From assembly GCA_032718475.1 (NCBI GenBank), contig JAUCBJ010007723.1, positions 1-38,150 of the forward strand: DNA of 38,150 nt, in the 5' to 3' direction. A program made the position numbers and the translations under genes. Source of the DNA: Nemertoderma westbladi (lineage: Eukaryota; Animalia; Xenacoelomorpha). Shown here in pieces: positions 37,101 through 38,150 of the stretch; position 1 is the first letter of the stretch; each line of letters opens with the position of its first letter. Under the pieces are notes generated by a model. It did not search any database and had not been told where the DNA came from. It saw only the letters and a program-made list of their open reading frames with translations.

Positions 37101-38150
37101 AATCCATCTGCTGAATCTGCCATTGTATTAGCAACAACACTGAAACATCCAACTTCTCAAACCTTCCTACCTGATATGTCACCATTTTTTTTAAAACAAT
37201 ATGTAAAAAGTAATGCCAGTGATTTATTTCAAGGGTATGCTCAATTGTTGACTGAAATGGTTCTTAGAATTCCATATCAGATTAAAAAATTGGCTGAAAA
37301 CACCCCATATATGCCAAGTCTAATTTTTGGCGATGAGTGGTTTTCTACTCTCTCTGAATACATGATGATCCAGCAAACTCCATATGTACGTCGTCAGGTT
37401 CGAAAGTTGTCACTGTTTATCTGTGGGTCCAAAGAGAATTACAGATATTTAAGGGATTTACATACGCTAAATTACCATTTAAATGAAGGAAGACAAATTT
37501 GTGAATCGAATGGCATTTCTGCAAATGTGTGTGAATATATAACTATATCCTATAATTCTCTGGTTGCTCTTGTCGATAATTTTAAGGCATGCAATGATAT
37601 AGCATGTGTTCGCACATTGAACTGGCAAAGATATTGCAGAAAGCATGAATCAGTACTACTCTTTATTATACAAACTTGTCTCTGTGTTGATGAAAATCTT
37701 CATAGTATATTGATTCAGTTACTATCCAGTGCATTATGTGGCACATCGAAATCTTCGTCCAAAGATGTAAAAGGAGGTGGTAAAGAAAAGCTTTCCACTT
37801 CTGGTAGTAGTGGCAGTAGCAGGTTAGATGAAGCATCAGAAATACGACATGTATTGATTCAGCAGACAATCCAACAGTGTCATATTGATATTTGGAGGCG
37901 GTTTGTCTGTCTGTTTCTCTTGGAGTCAAACTCGACGTCAGTGAGATGGCAAGCGCACTCATTGTTGTACAACATTTACAGGAATTCTTCGCAGTCCCAG
38001 CAGGATATATTTCTCGATCTTATGTGGAGTATTTGGGACAATATGGCAATATATGGAAATCGTGCTGTTCATTTTGTTGATTTGTTGGGGTACTTCACAT
38101 TGAAAACACAGACTTCAACAAGTAAGATCGAAGGCTTCATTGGAAGATGT
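28152..38150 (+). CDS. UBR4: E3 ubiquitin ligase UBR4 (p600/Poe), 3'-partial, single uninterrupted ORF
   Basis: ATG at 28152 (MKEKIMEK...[10 protein letters not shown]). UBR box ~32945-33165 ([23 protein letters not shown]...[29 protein letters not shown]). [12 protein letters not shown] at ~33560, FPIDFFE...[14 protein letters not shown] at ~34850 and UIM-like [13 protein letters not shown] at ~36305. It ends in the same frame with [12 protein letters not shown], and the ORF track lists no stop-terminated ORF in this frame. Confidence 0.96.
   Translation, partial: [3333 protein letters not shown]

Noticed and set aside
31286-38080. Short ORFs listed inside the UBR4 region
   Set aside because: Antisense or off-frame shadows of the long UBR4 ORF.

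Overview
AT-rich, repeat-laden animal (invertebrate-type) genomic window. A multi-exon UNC80 gene (NALCN channel complex subunit) runs on the minus strand, with short exons traceable from about 21950 down to about 7300. An apparently intronless UBR4 ORF starts at 28152 on the plus strand and stays open for 3333 codons to the window edge. The ORF track misses it because it has no stop. The UNC80 introns and flanks carry a Neptune-type Penelope-like retroelement with a minimal hammerhead ribozyme, a 5'-truncated RTE LINE with TSD, two tRNA-derived SINEs, a TIR element with an 8-bp TSD and Helentron/HINE-like repeats. The most striking pattern is that the three large tandem arrays (36-bp, 25-bp and 61-bp units) each appear to be an amplified exon/intron junction of the minus-strand gene. 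Each unit carries a splice donor or acceptor, and the terminal unit is continuous with a frame-compatible exon. All calls were made by eye without database searches. Copy numbers are length-based estimates.
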